Assembly (NCBI RefSeq): GCF_003790525.1
Contig: NZ_CP033635.1
DNA from: Escherichia coli
Lineage (GTDB): Bacteria; Pseudomonadota; Gammaproteobacteria; Enterobacterales; Enterobacteriaceae
Strand: one strand, 5' to 3'
DNA: 64,000 nt
Both the position numbers and the translations under genes were made by a program. Positions 1 through 10,123 of this stretch are shown in pieces. Under the pieces are notes generated by a model that did not search any database, was not told the DNA's origin, and was given only the letters and a program-made list of their open reading frames with translations. The first letter of the stretch is position 1, and each line of letters begins with the position of its first letter.

Positions 1-2
1 GT

Positions 3-272
3 GAAAACCTGATTGTTAATCGCCTCGCCATCCCACATTGCTGGAGCGAACAGGAGCGACGTTTTCGTGGATTTTTTATTACCCTCGCCCAACCGGTTGA
101 GGTGAATAACGAAGTAGTTAACCATGTACTGATCGCCTGTGCCGCCGCCGATGCGCGTCATGAGCTAAAAATATTTAGCTATCTGGCAAGCGTATTGTGC
201 CAGCATCCGGCAGAGGTTATTGCCGGGTTAACAGGATATGAGGCATTTATGGAGTTACTTCACAAGGGGTGA
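3..272 (+). CDS. C-terminal fragment (about 89 codons; 5' end outside window) of an ORF ending at TGA 270-272; by position probably the frv-operon regulator gene that neighbours yiiG
   Basis: Frame-3 open from window edge to stop; absent from ORF track because it has no in-window start; identity rests on remembered synteny only. Confidence 0.35.
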   Translation, partial: ENLIVNRLAIPHCWSEQERRFRGFFITLAQPVEVNNEVVNHVLIACAAADARHELKIFSYLASVLCQHPAEVIAGLTGYEAFMELLHKG

Positions 273-275
273 ACT

Positions 276-300
276 GTGTCGGATGCGCCGCATCCGACAC
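276..300. terminator. Inverted repeat GTGTCGGATGCG / CGCATCCGACAC between convergent ORFs
   Basis: Palindrome read directly; no strong U-run, so terminator function is uncertain. Confidence 0.35.
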
Positions 301-327
301 TGCATTTATCACCAAAATCAAAAACGT

Positions 328-1383
328 TTAACGCAAGCTATTATAGTCATCGACCATTTCGTTGTACTCGCGTAACGCTCGTGGAAATGAGTCGTCGACC
401 ATCCAGCTTGTGTTTGCATCCTGAAGTTGCTCTTTATCCCAGTCAGAATACGGAACTTTATCTCTGACGCGGCGAACATATTTTTTAGCCTCGAGTTGAT
501 ACTGGTCTGCCGAATTAATGAACGAGAAATTCATACCGCCTTTATCCGCTTCTTTGGCCTGCGCCACCAGCGTTTCCAGTTCAGACACTTTCTTCATTGC
601 CGCATCAACATCAAACTTCTCTTGCGATATCAGGTTATTAATTTGTTTCGCTGAAATCATGACTGCCAGAGAATAGTAGTGGAATGTTTTCCCTTCTCTT
701 TCTTCAATATTTTTCAGTTCCGCAAGCTGACGCTTATCATTAATTTCCTGGATCGCCGCATGATAAGATTCGGCTACAGGTTCAAAGGCTTCCAGATTTT
801 TTAAGAATGTCTGGTGCAGCGTTTTCCCTTTCGCAAACGCATCGTCTTTATAATTTTCCTGGGTGTAATATTTATCCATTTCGTTAATGGTATTACCCAA
901 CGCCACGGCAGCATCGATATAACTCACCGCTACGCCATCAATAGGTTGCAGCGCAGGCGTTAACGCCACAGCACTTTTTACGCCTTTTTCACACTCAGCG
1001 AGGCTGGATTCACTAAAGCCGTAGATGCCATAAACAGTACTCTCTTTACCGGTAGGCCCCTGTTTAAAATCTTTCAGCCAGTCAGCATAACGCGCCAGAC
1101 TGCGCTGTACCGGGATCTGTAACTTGTTGTAGCACTTGATATAGACATCCATTTTTTCGTCGAAAACCGCTTGTTCATCGACCACCGGTTGGGCAGGAGT
1201 TTCAGGTTTAACTTCTGCTTTTGCAACGGGAGCTTCAGCAGGTTTCGCTTCAGGAGCTGGTGCGGCAGGTTGACTATTGGCAGGCGGGGGCGTTTCTGTT
1301 TCGGCTTTTTTATCATCACAACCCGTGAGACCGAGGGCCATGATGGCGACTATAATAGCGGAAGATAATAAATTCCTTTTCAT
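328..1383 (-). CDS. yiiG: YiiG-family lipoprotein (DUF3829-like)
   Basis: 351-aa ORF; signal peptide with lipobox LTGC; Pro/Ala/Glu-rich linker; expected position relative to fdhD. Confidence 0.85.
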   Translation of the reverse strand: MKRNLLSSAIIVAIMALGLTGCDDKKAETETPPPANSQPAAPAPEAKPAEAPVAKAEVKPETPAQPVVDEQAVFDEKMDVYIKCYNKLQIPVQRSLARYADWLKDFKQGPTGKESTVYGIYGFSESSLAECEKGVKSAVALTPALQPIDGVAVSYIDAAVALGNTINEMDKYYTQENYKDDAFAKGKTLHQTFLKNLEAFEPVAESYHAAIQEINDKRQLAELKNIEEREGKTFHYYSLAVMISAKQINNLISQEKFDVDAAMKKVSELETLVAQAKEADKGGMNFSFINSADQYQLEAKKYVRRVRDKVPYSDWDKEQLQDANTSWMVDDSFPRALREYNEMVDDYNSLR

Positions 1384-1577
1384 TTAATTGCCTTATAAAT
1401 ATTTAGATAAGAGAGATAATATTTTAAATGAAAAAATGATCCGTCACTATACACATTTTGCTTATAAACAAACCGAAATCATTCACACTCCGAATAATTC
1501 CTGCGACTTAAAATATAAATCGCAGGAAGCGATTTTAATTACCCGCTCTACCACTGGCGCAGGATATAAACTCTCAC

Positions 1578-3884
1578 CTACATTCCATAACGTTCAGAAA
1601 TAGCAGCATGCTTCTCTTCATTCGCCCCGGCTTCTTTGGCAAGACGCCACCAGCACAACGGATGTTCCCAGTCAGCGGTCAATTCGTGCAAGGTCTTATC
1701 GATATCACCTTTAGAAACTGAACGCGGCGCGCTGATAACAAAGTAGAACGCGGGCAGCGGCTGTGCATCTTCTCCCTGCTGGCTGTCCGTTAACGTATAG
1801 TCCTCGTTACTGTTGCTCCAGTAGTACCAGTTTCGTTCACGGAGCGCCTCACGGAAGGCATTAAACTGTTCTTCACCAGGCATGACACCTTCGCAGAACC
1901 AGGACTCGCCGTACTCAGTCGGGATAATGGTTTGCAGGCAGGCATAAAGTGGCGTGAAATTCTTCCGTTCTTCCTCATCCTCTGGTTGGGTGTTCAATAT
2001 TTCCGCATCGAATACCACAACTTCATCAACATGTTGCGGATAATCGGTCCGGTAAGTTGGCTCAATGATCCTTGCTGTTACCGGCCCAATACGTTGAGCA
2101 TAGTAATAGCGGTATTCATAATTTTCCCGGAAGCGAATGTTTAGCAGTCCCCATTTTTCGTCGATAAAACCTTCACCTTCCGTAAGTTCGATTTCCAGTT
2201 CAGCTGCAATAGCACGAACCAAATCCCATTGTTGCAGGATGCTGGCGGTCGCCATGATATCCCACTGGATATTACGAATATCTTCTTCACGGCTAATCAT
2301 CAGTTGCTGCAATTGTTGTAAATAATCCAGCTGTCGATCCCAGGCTTCCTGTTTTTGTGCTGCCCAGGAGCACATGCGATAAACGCCGATCCACTCACGC
2401 CCTTTTTCGTTTTGCAGCAACTGGTGCCCAATCGACTCGAGTTCACTCCAGTCTTCCTGTTGGTTGATCACTCGCGCACGGAACCACAAGGCCATATGTA
2501 GCAGCCCCGCCTGTTCATACTGCTTCGCCAGGTGCTCAATGGTTTGCAGATCGTCACGGTGGAGCAATAAATCCAACAGATCGAAGCAAAGACCATTATC
2601 TTCCTGGATGTGGCTTTCGACGTAGCGTTGCAGAAGTTCAATCGACTCATCAATCGCATTACAGGCGTTTAACGCATTGACCAGTTTGCCCAGCAATTCC
2701 GCATCATCTGGCGCGTTCAGGTAAGCGCGGCGGAATGTTTCGACGTCTTTTTCTGGATCTGGCTGCGTTTCTTCATCGCTATTTTCAGGTACTTCTACAA
2801 CCGGACGAGCAAGCAACTCTGCTTCTTTGGCGGCGATTTTTTCACTCAGTTCGAGAAACTCACGATCAACCCCCAGTAACACGCGTAATTTTGGCATGTG
2901 TCGCTGGGCCAGTTTCATCGCTATTTTGGCAACCCAGACGGATTCACGCTCCAGCGCCAGGGTAATTTGCAGTTTCGCCAGATCAACCACTTTGCGGTGC
3001 GCTCCGGCCTGCGAGCGGTGCTCCAGCATTTTTTGGATGATGCGCGCCAGTTGCCAGTTGTTTCTTTGTGGATGACGGGGAAGTAACACAGTAATGATTT
3101 TCAGCCATGACCCCCATGAATGGGGAGTCAGATCTGACCAACGCGGTAATTCCTCCCAGACTTCTTCGTCCTGCCCGCATAACGCCATGATGTACAGTTT
3201 TTTGAGGTGATTACTAATGCGGTCGCGGCCCCAGTAATCATTGGCTTCTGTCAGCTCATCAATCAGTATGCGTGCTTCATCATAACGCTGAAGTTCAATC
3301 AGAATATCGGCACGAGTATAAAGTAATGCATCAATATCATCTTCCCCGGCTGCTTTAACTGCGTCGATTTGTCGATCCAGATAAGCCAGTGCCTCCTCTA
3401 TTCTTTTGGAATCTATCAGTGCACTGGCATATTCAGTGGACAAACACTGAAAACAGCTCCAGGTCGGATCAATCCGCGCGATGGTTTCTTCACATACCGC
3501 CATACGTTCATTCGCCCAGCCAGGTGCATCAATATTTTCGTAGCAGGCGGATAAATCCTGGGTAACGCAGATAGATTGTGGGCAATCTTTTGTCTCTTCC
3601 CGGTGCGCTTTTTCAAACAGCGCTACCACGTCTGGCAGCACCTTTTCACCTTCTTCATAGTTAGTCAGGCGATGACGCATTTCCCAGTGACCAATAAATA
3701 TTTCCAGCCACGGATTTTTTGCCACCTGGGTAAGTGCTTTTACTTCAGGTAACAGCGAATCGCACTTTTCCATTTGCAGGTGCATAACGCCTTCCGAATA
3801 ATCATCGATAAGTTGCGGAATATACTCCTGCCCGGCATCGCGTAACTCCTTAGTATATTTGTGATACCACTCCCATATATCCAT
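1578..3884 (-). CDS. 768-aa acidic, Trp-rich, predicted alpha-helical repeat (TPR-like) protein of unknown function; distal gene of the accessory Hsp90-like operon
   Basis: Long uninterrupted ORF; its ATG (3882-3884) lies 1 nt after the TAA (3886-3888) of the upstream gene, with SD-like AAGGAA just upstream; no catalytic motif recognised. Confidence 0.75.
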   Translation of the reverse strand: MDIWEWYHKYTKELRDAGQEYIPQLIDDYSEGVMHLQMEKCDSLLPEVKALTQVAKNPWLEIFIGHWEMRHRLTNYEEGEKVLPDVVALFEKAHREETKDCPQSICVTQDLSACYENIDAPGWANERMAVCEETIARIDPTWSCFQCLSTEYASALIDSKRIEEALAYLDRQIDAVKAAGEDDIDALLYTRADILIELQRYDEARILIDELTEANDYWGRDRISNHLKKLYIMALCGQDEEVWEELPRWSDLTPHSWGSWLKIITVLLPRHPQRNNWQLARIIQKMLEHRSQAGAHRKVVDLAKLQITLALERESVWVAKIAMKLAQRHMPKLRVLLGVDREFLELSEKIAAKEAELLARPVVEVPENSDEETQPDPEKDVETFRRAYLNAPDDAELLGKLVNALNACNAIDESIELLQRYVESHIQEDNGLCFDLLDLLLHRDDLQTIEHLAKQYEQAGLLHMALWFRARVINQQEDWSELESIGHQLLQNEKGREWIGVYRMCSWAAQKQEAWDRQLDYLQQLQQLMISREEDIRNIQWDIMATASILQQWDLVRAIAAELEIELTEGEGFIDEKWGLLNIRFRENYEYRYYYAQRIGPVTARIIEPTYRTDYPQHVDEVVVFDAEILNTQPEDEEERKNFTPLYACLQTIIPTEYGESWFCEGVMPGEEQFNAFREALRERNWYYWSNSNEDYTLTDSQQGEDAQPLPAFYFVISAPRSVSKGDIDKTLHELTADWEHPLCWWRLAKEAGANEEKHAAISERYGM

Positions 3885-3885
3885 T

Positions 3886-5721
3886 TTATTTTCCTTGATT
3901 AATTAAGACAGGAATAACCTGAGTAAAATCTTCCAGTGCCTGGTGTAAATCCCACTGCTGTTCTTTATTACCGCTGGAGCACAAAATCACTTTCAGCGAT
4001 TTTAATAAGCGTAATGCCGCTGCGGGCTGTTGCTGGTGTTGTAATGCCGTCACCAGTTGCATGATGCAAGGGTTATTAAGGTTGATGTATAAACTTGAGG
4101 TTTTCGTTTTTTGGATTTGTGAAGTAAATTGCCGCGCCAGCATTAACGCTGCGGTGCTGATGCGTTTATCTGCGTCATCCTGTTCGAGAATTTGTTTTAA
4201 TTCTGCTTCGCGGTCTGGCGTAACCACTAACGGTAAAACGGCGGGTTCGAAGCGGGAGATAATTAATTGCTCGCCATCGCAGAGATGCTCTTCCAGATAA
4301 GCTACCTGCTCTTCGGGTAATTCCGCCAGGCTGAACAACTGCTCATTACCTGTTTGCGTACCGACTTCGACAATCCGGCAGTGATATAACAGCGCCCAGC
4401 GACGTAAAAATGGCACGACGGCATAGCGATCGCCACGGGCAACGGGCCGTTGCAGAATGTGGAACAACATCTCTTCAAAACCGCCGTCGCGGCTTAACAG
4501 AATATGAATGCTGTTATTAACGCGTAAATCCTTCGCCAGCAACGCCCCTTTTGACGTTGGCACCTGCAAGCGATCTTTGAGCAAATCAAACAGACGGTCA
4601 TCACATAATGCCGCACCGAGCAACGCTTCGTTGTGGCGCATTAATACACGCCGCCAGATTTCTGGCTGATTTTGTGCGAGATCGGACAAACCAGAAATCA
4701 GCGCCTCTTTTAACGCCTCCTGCACCGCAACCCAGGTTTCGTCCCGCTGGAGATCTTCCCGGCTCGCCGTAGGCGTTAGTTTCGATGACTCAATCACGCC
4801 GCCAATAAATCCGGCCCAGGGAGGTAACAACTCACGCGCTTCATCATCCAGTAACATACCGCGCAAAAACAGCGACAGGTTGCGGTTATCGCTGGTGCCG
4901 TAGGTTGCGCCATCCTGAATCCATAAAATCCCAACCGCGTCGCTCATCCCCACGGGCACCACCGGAATGGTGCAAATCGGTTCGAAGGAGGATTCAAACT
5001 GGGCGGCAAAGGCGAGATTTTTACGCTGTACCAGCGCGCGGTGCATGGTTACGCCTTCGGGGGCAACTTCACGCCACGGTGGTTGAAGTTTATTTACCGG
5101 CTCGCTGGCATCGCCGACATAGACCGGTTCGTGCAGCAATATACAGTAGCGGGAAAGAACGCGGTTCAGCAAATTGTTACTCGCCAGATGGCTGTACTCT
5201 TCTTTGAGCGTCAGAATCACCTGCGTACCCGTTTCCGAGGACTGATGCGGCGTAACGGTATATTTTTGCCCGTCGGTAGAGTGGTATTTCCAGCTCTGAT
5301 CCGGCGTTTGCCAGGATGTGGTCAACACCGTGACCTCTTTCGCCAACACAAAGGCCGACAAAAAACCGAGGCCGAACATACCAATTAAACCGGTGTTGTC
5401 ATCCTGCTGGCGCAACATTCGGGTATAACCCACGCCTACTGTCGCCAGGAAGCCGTGAATTTCACTTTCTGTCAGTCCAGCGCCAGTATCGCTAATAGTG
5501 ATAGTGGACTTCGCCACGTCTGCCACCACACGAATCGCGTTATCCTTTGGTGCATCGGGCTGCTCAATCCTGCGGCGAACGATCGCATCATGGCCGTTCT
5601 GCACCAGCTCGCGCACGGCAACCACGGGAGTGGAGTAAAGATGCTTACTGAGCACCTCAATTAAGCCGTTTAAATTAACTTCTGTAGAATATGAACTACC
5701 AGGTAACTGTAATGTACTCAT
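3886..5721 (-). CDS. Divergent Hsp90/HtpG-family (GHKL) ATPase paralog, 611 aa
   Basis: Bergerat-fold motifs in order: E38xxxN42xxD45 (RELVQNGHDA), D78TGAG (ISDTGAGL), G114MFGLGFLSAF; middle-domain signature LPPWAGFIGGVIESSKLTPTASRE resembles Hsp90 FxRGVVDSEDLPLNISRE; shorter than canonical HtpG. Confidence 0.8.
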   Translation of the reverse strand: MSTLQLPGSSYSTEVNLNGLIEVLSKHLYSTPVVAVRELVQNGHDAIVRRRIEQPDAPKDNAIRVVADVAKSTITISDTGAGLTESEIHGFLATVGVGYTRMLRQQDDNTGLIGMFGLGFLSAFVLAKEVTVLTTSWQTPDQSWKYHSTDGQKYTVTPHQSSETGTQVILTLKEEYSHLASNNLLNRVLSRYCILLHEPVYVGDASEPVNKLQPPWREVAPEGVTMHRALVQRKNLAFAAQFESSFEPICTIPVVPVGMSDAVGILWIQDGATYGTSDNRNLSLFLRGMLLDDEARELLPPWAGFIGGVIESSKLTPTASREDLQRDETWVAVQEALKEALISGLSDLAQNQPEIWRRVLMRHNEALLGAALCDDRLFDLLKDRLQVPTSKGALLAKDLRVNNSIHILLSRDGGFEEMLFHILQRPVARGDRYAVVPFLRRWALLYHCRIVEVGTQTGNEQLFSLAELPEEQVAYLEEHLCDGEQLIISRFEPAVLPLVVTPDREAELKQILEQDDADKRISTAALMLARQFTSQIQKTKTSSLYINLNNPCIMQLVTALQHQQQPAAALRLLKSLKVILCSSGNKEQQWDLHQALEDFTQVIPVLINQGK

Positions 5722-6030
5722 TTTTCAATACTCATAATCCATCACCTACTATTGAAAATACATCGCTGTTTTTACAACCGGTGCAAGGTTTGTTATTTCA
5801 TTCACTCATCGGAAACATTTATTTATTGACGCGATGATTAAAACAAAATGTCTTATATAAATAATGATTAATTCTTAAAGGATTAATGCGACTGGAGTAT
5901 ATCGATATAACCCGGAGTTAACGAGATAATTTCTTGTGGTGAAATTATTATTTGAATGCTGAATAATATATTGAGGATTATTTAATAGAAAAATAAAACC
6001 GCAATCCAGAATCAGAATTGCGGTATTTCT

Positions 6031-6867
6031 TTAATTATGAATCAAACGCTGCGGATGGGTATAAACCGTTGCCCGACCCGGTTTACAAAAACCTACCAGT
6101 GTCAGATTACAGCGCTCAGCCACTTCTACAGCAAGCGTGGTCGCGGCAGACACCGCAAACAAAATCTCTACGCCGCACATCGCTGACTTTTGCACCATTT
6201 CATAACTGGCACGGCTGGAAACCAGCACCGCACCTTGCTGCCAGCTTTCCCCTTCTTGTGACCGGCGGCCTAACAGTTTGTCCAGCGCCACATGGCGACC
6301 CACGTCTTCATGCCCGCCGACCAGTTCGCCAGATGGCAACATCCAGGCGGCGGCGTGAGTACAACCGGTCAGTTGCCCCACTGGCTGAAAATCATTGAGA
6401 TGACGTAATGCATCATCCAGTTTGTTGAGATCAAACGTCTGGGTGAACGGTAGCGGCTGCACCGGTTTTCCGATGTCATTAAGTTGCTCCACGCCGCACA
6501 CGCCACATCCCGTACGTCCCGCCAGTGCCCGGCGACGCTCCTTCAACCCCATAAAGCGGCGGCTGGAAAGCTCAATTTGCACTTCCAGACCATTACAGGA
6601 AGGAACGACATCCATACCGAAGATATCGCGCGGACTTTCGATAATCCCCTCGGAAAGCGAAAAACCGAGCGCAAAGTACTCAAGGTCTTTGGGTGACGCC
6701 ATCATCACTACATGCGAAATGCCGTTGTAGACCAGCGCAACGGGAACCTCTTCCGCCACCTCATCTAACCGTGGGTGTTGTAAATCATCACGCCGCCATA
6801 ACTCAATTTGACGAACACCTGTGACACTTGTCACATTTTCGATTTCTTTTTGCTGTGTTTTTTTCAC
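6031..6867 (-). CDS. fdhD: FdhD, sulfurtransferase required for formate dehydrogenase activity
   Basis: 278-aa ORF with characteristic FdhD sequence; divergent from fdoG. Confidence 0.9.
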   Translation of the reverse strand: MKKTQQKEIENVTSVTGVRQIELWRRDDLQHPRLDEVAEEVPVALVYNGISHVVMMASPKDLEYFALGFSLSEGIIESPRDIFGMDVVPSCNGLEVQIELSSRRFMGLKERRRALAGRTGCGVCGVEQLNDIGKPVQPLPFTQTFDLNKLDDALRHLNDFQPVGQLTGCTHAAAWMLPSGELVGGHEDVGRHVALDKLLGRRSQEGESWQQGAVLVSSRASYEMVQKSAMCGVEILFAVSAATTLAVEVAERCNLTLVGFCKPGRATVYTHPQRLIHN

Positions 6868-7060
6868 TTTCTCTTAACCAGATAAGAACACACACACCAA
6901 CATTATGGTATTCTGTTACAAACCCTTCCTGGATGGAGGGAAATTGAGCCAATTCTGGACCTTTGCGGCCCCTTCCGCAAAGAAAAATAACTCCCACTCC
7001 CTGCACACGCAGCAAGCGAATGTAAATGGGACGTGACAATGTCGAAACAAGGAGCAATCC

Positions 7061-10000
7061 ATGCAGGTCAGCAGAAGGCAGTTCTTTAAGATCTGCGCTG
7101 GCGGTATGGCAGGCACCACGGCAGCGGCACTGGGTTTTGCACCCAGCGTAGCACTCGCGGAAACCCGGCAGTATAAACTGCTGCGCACCCGCGAAACCCG
7201 TAATACCTGCACCTATTGTTCCGTAGGCTGTGGGCTGTTGATGTACAGCCTCGGTGACGGAGCAAAAAACGCCAAAGCATCTATCTTCCATATCGAAGGT
7301 GACCCGGATCACCCGGTCAACCGCGGAGCACTTTGTCCGAAAGGCGCTGGCCTGGTGGATTTCATCCACTCCGAAAGCCGCCTGAAGTTTCCGGAATACC
7401 GTGCGCCAGGTTCTGATAAATGGCAACAAATCAGTTGGGAAGAGGCGTTTGATCGCATCGCCAAACTGATGAAAGAAGACCGCGATGCGAACTACATTGC
7501 GCAAAACGCCGAAGGCGTGACTGTTAACCGCTGGCTCTCCACCGGGATGCTGTGTGCTTCCGCGTCGAGCAACGAAACCGGCTATTTAACACAAAAATTC
7601 TCCCGCGCGCTGGGTATGCTCGCGGTCGACAACCAGGCGCGTGTCTGACACGGACCAACGGTAGCAAGTCTTGCTCCAACATTTGGTCGCGGTGCGATGA
7701 CCAACCACTGGGTCGACATCAAGAATGCCAACCTCGTCGTGGTGATGGGCGGTAACGCCGCTGAAGCTCACCCGGTCGGGTTCCGCTGGGCGATGGAAGC
7801 CAAAATTCACAACGGCGCGAAGCTGATTGTGATCGATCCTCGCTTTACACGTACGGCGGCGGTGGCTGACTACTATGCCCCTATTCGTTCCGGGACTGAC
7901 ATTGCTTTCCTGTCAGGCGTATTGCTGTACCTGCTGAACAATGAAAAATTCAACCGCGAATACACCGAAGCCTATACCAACGCCAGCCTGATCGTGCGTG
8001 AGGATTACGGCTTTGAAGATGGCCTGTTCACCGGCTACGACGCGGAAAAACGCAAGTACGATAAATCCAGCTGGACCTACGAGCTGGACGAAAACGGCTT
8101 CGCCAAACGCGATACCACGCTGCAACATCCGCGCTGCGTGTGGAACTTGCTGAAACAGCACGTTTCCCGTTATACGCCAGATGTGGTTGAAAACATCTGT
8201 GGTACGCCGAAAGACGCGTTCCTGAAAGTCTGCGAATACATCGCAGAGACCAGTGCTCACGATAAAACTGCCTCGTTCCTTTACGCGCTCGGCTGGACGC
8301 AACACTCCATTGGTGCGCAAAACATTCGTACGATGGCGATGATCCAGCTGCTGCTCGGCAACATGGGGATGGCAGGCGGCGGCGTTAACGCCCTGCGCGG
8401 TCACTCCAATATTCAGGGGCTGACCGACCTGGGGCTGCTGTCGCAGAGTCTGCCAGGTTACATGACGTTGCCAAGCGAGAAGCAGACCGATCTGCAAACT
8501 TACCTTACCGCCAACACGCCGAAACCACTGCTGGAAGGCCAGGTTAACTACTGGGGCAATTACCCGAAATTCTTCGTCTCCATGATGAAGGCCTTCTTTG
8601 GTGATAAAGCGACGGCGGAAAATAACTGGGGCTTTGACTGGTTGCCGAAGTGGGATAAAGGCTACGACGTCCTGCAATACTTCGAGATGATGAAAGAGGG
8701 CAAGGTCAATGGCTATATCTGCCAGGGCTTTAACCCTGTTGCCTCATTCCCGAACAAAAACAAAGTGATCGGCTGTCTGTCGAAACTGAAGTTCCTCGTG
8801 ACCATCGACCCGCTGAACACTGAAACCTCTAACTTCTGGCAGAACCACGGTGAACTGAACGAAGTTGACTCGTCGAAGATCCAGACCGAAGTGTTCCGTC
8901 TGCCATCGACCTGCTTCGCGGAAGAGAACGGTTCAATCGTCAACTCTGGCCGCTGGTTGCAGTGGCACTGGAAAGGTGCGGACGCCCCGGGGATTGCGCT
9001 GACTGACGGCGAGATCCTCTCCGGTATCTTCCTGCGCTTGCGCAAGATGTATGCCGAACAGGGTGGCGCGAACCCGGACCAGGTGCTGAACATGACCTGG
9101 AACTACGCCATTCCGCATGAGCCATCTTCAGAAGAAGTGGCGATGGAGAGTAACGGTAAGGCGCTGGCCGATATTACCGATCCGGCAACCGGTGCGGTTA
9201 TCGTCAAGAAAGGCCAACAACTTAGCTCGTTCGCCCAACTGCGCGATGACGGTACAACCTCCTGTGGCTGCTGGATTTTCGCCGGTAGCTGGACGCCGGA
9301 AGGCAACCAGATGGCGCGTCGTGATAACGCCGATCCGTCTGGCCTCGGTAACACGCTGGGCTGGGCATGGGCATGGCCGCTTAACCGCCGCATTCTGTAT
9401 AACCGCGCCTCCGCAGATCCGCAGGGTAACCCATGGGATCCGAAGCGTCAGTTGCTGAAATGGGACGGCACTAAGTGGACCGGCTGGGATATTCCGGATT
9501 ACAGCGCAGCGCCTCCGGGCAGTGGCGTCGGGCCGTTTATCATGCAGCAGGAAGGCATGGGGCGTCTGTTTGCCCTCGATAAGATGGCGGAAGGTCCGTT
9601 CCCGGAACACTACGAGCCGTTTGAAACGCCGCTGGGAACTAACCCGCTGCATCCAAACGTTATCTCGAACCCGGCTGCGCGAATCTTTAAAGACGACGCC
9701 GAAGCATTGGGTAAAGCCGATAAGTTCCCGTATGTCGGAACCACCTATCGTCTGACCGAGCACTTCCACTACTGGACCAAACACGCGCTGTTGAACGCGA
9801 TTTTGCAACCAGAGCAGTTTGTGGAAATCGGGGAGTCGCTGGCGAATAAACTTGGCATTGCCCAGGGCGATACTGTGAAAGTCTCCTCCAACCGTGGCTA
9901 TATCAAAGCCAAAGCGGTAGTGACCAAACGTATTCGCACGCTGAAAGCAAACGGCAAAGATATCGATACCATCGGTATTCCGATTCACTGGGGCTATGAA

Positions 10001-10111
10001 GGTGTTGCGAAAAAAGGCTTTATTGCCAATACGTTGACGCCATTCGTCGGTGATGCGAACACGCAGACGCCGGAGTTTAAGTCCTTCCTTGTGAATGTGG
10101 AAAAGGTGTAA
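7061..10111 (+). CDS. fdoG: Formate dehydrogenase-O catalytic subunit; selenoprotein with in-frame TGA (Sec) at 7646-7648
   Basis: ORFs 7061-7648 and 7697-10111 are in the same frame, separated only by TGA; frame stays open through ...RVU-HGPTVASLAPTFGRGAM...; Tat signal RRQFFKICAGG at N-terminus. Confidence 0.92.
7646..7695 (+). promoter_or_regulatory. Selenocysteine insertion (SECIS) region immediately 3' of the fdoG UGA
   Basis: Position directly downstream of in-frame TGA; bacterial SECIS hairpins lie within about 40 nt 3' of UGA; exact structure not folded. Confidence 0.6.
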
Positions 10112-10123
10112 CGGAGACGACAT

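Noticed and set aside
276-467. 63-aa plus-strand ORF overlapping the 3' end of yiiG
   Set aside because: Overlaps yiiG on the opposite strand and begins inside a palindrome; no support.
1384-6030. Looked for integrase, transposase, IS inverted repeats, att-like direct repeats or tRNA at the borders of the Hsp90-like insert
   Set aside because: None recognisable by eye; not called a mobile element.
7061-7648. Treating the 195-aa ORF and the 804-aa ORF as two separate genes
   Set aside because: Same frame separated only by TGA with homology continuing across it; a single selenoprotein gene (fdoG).
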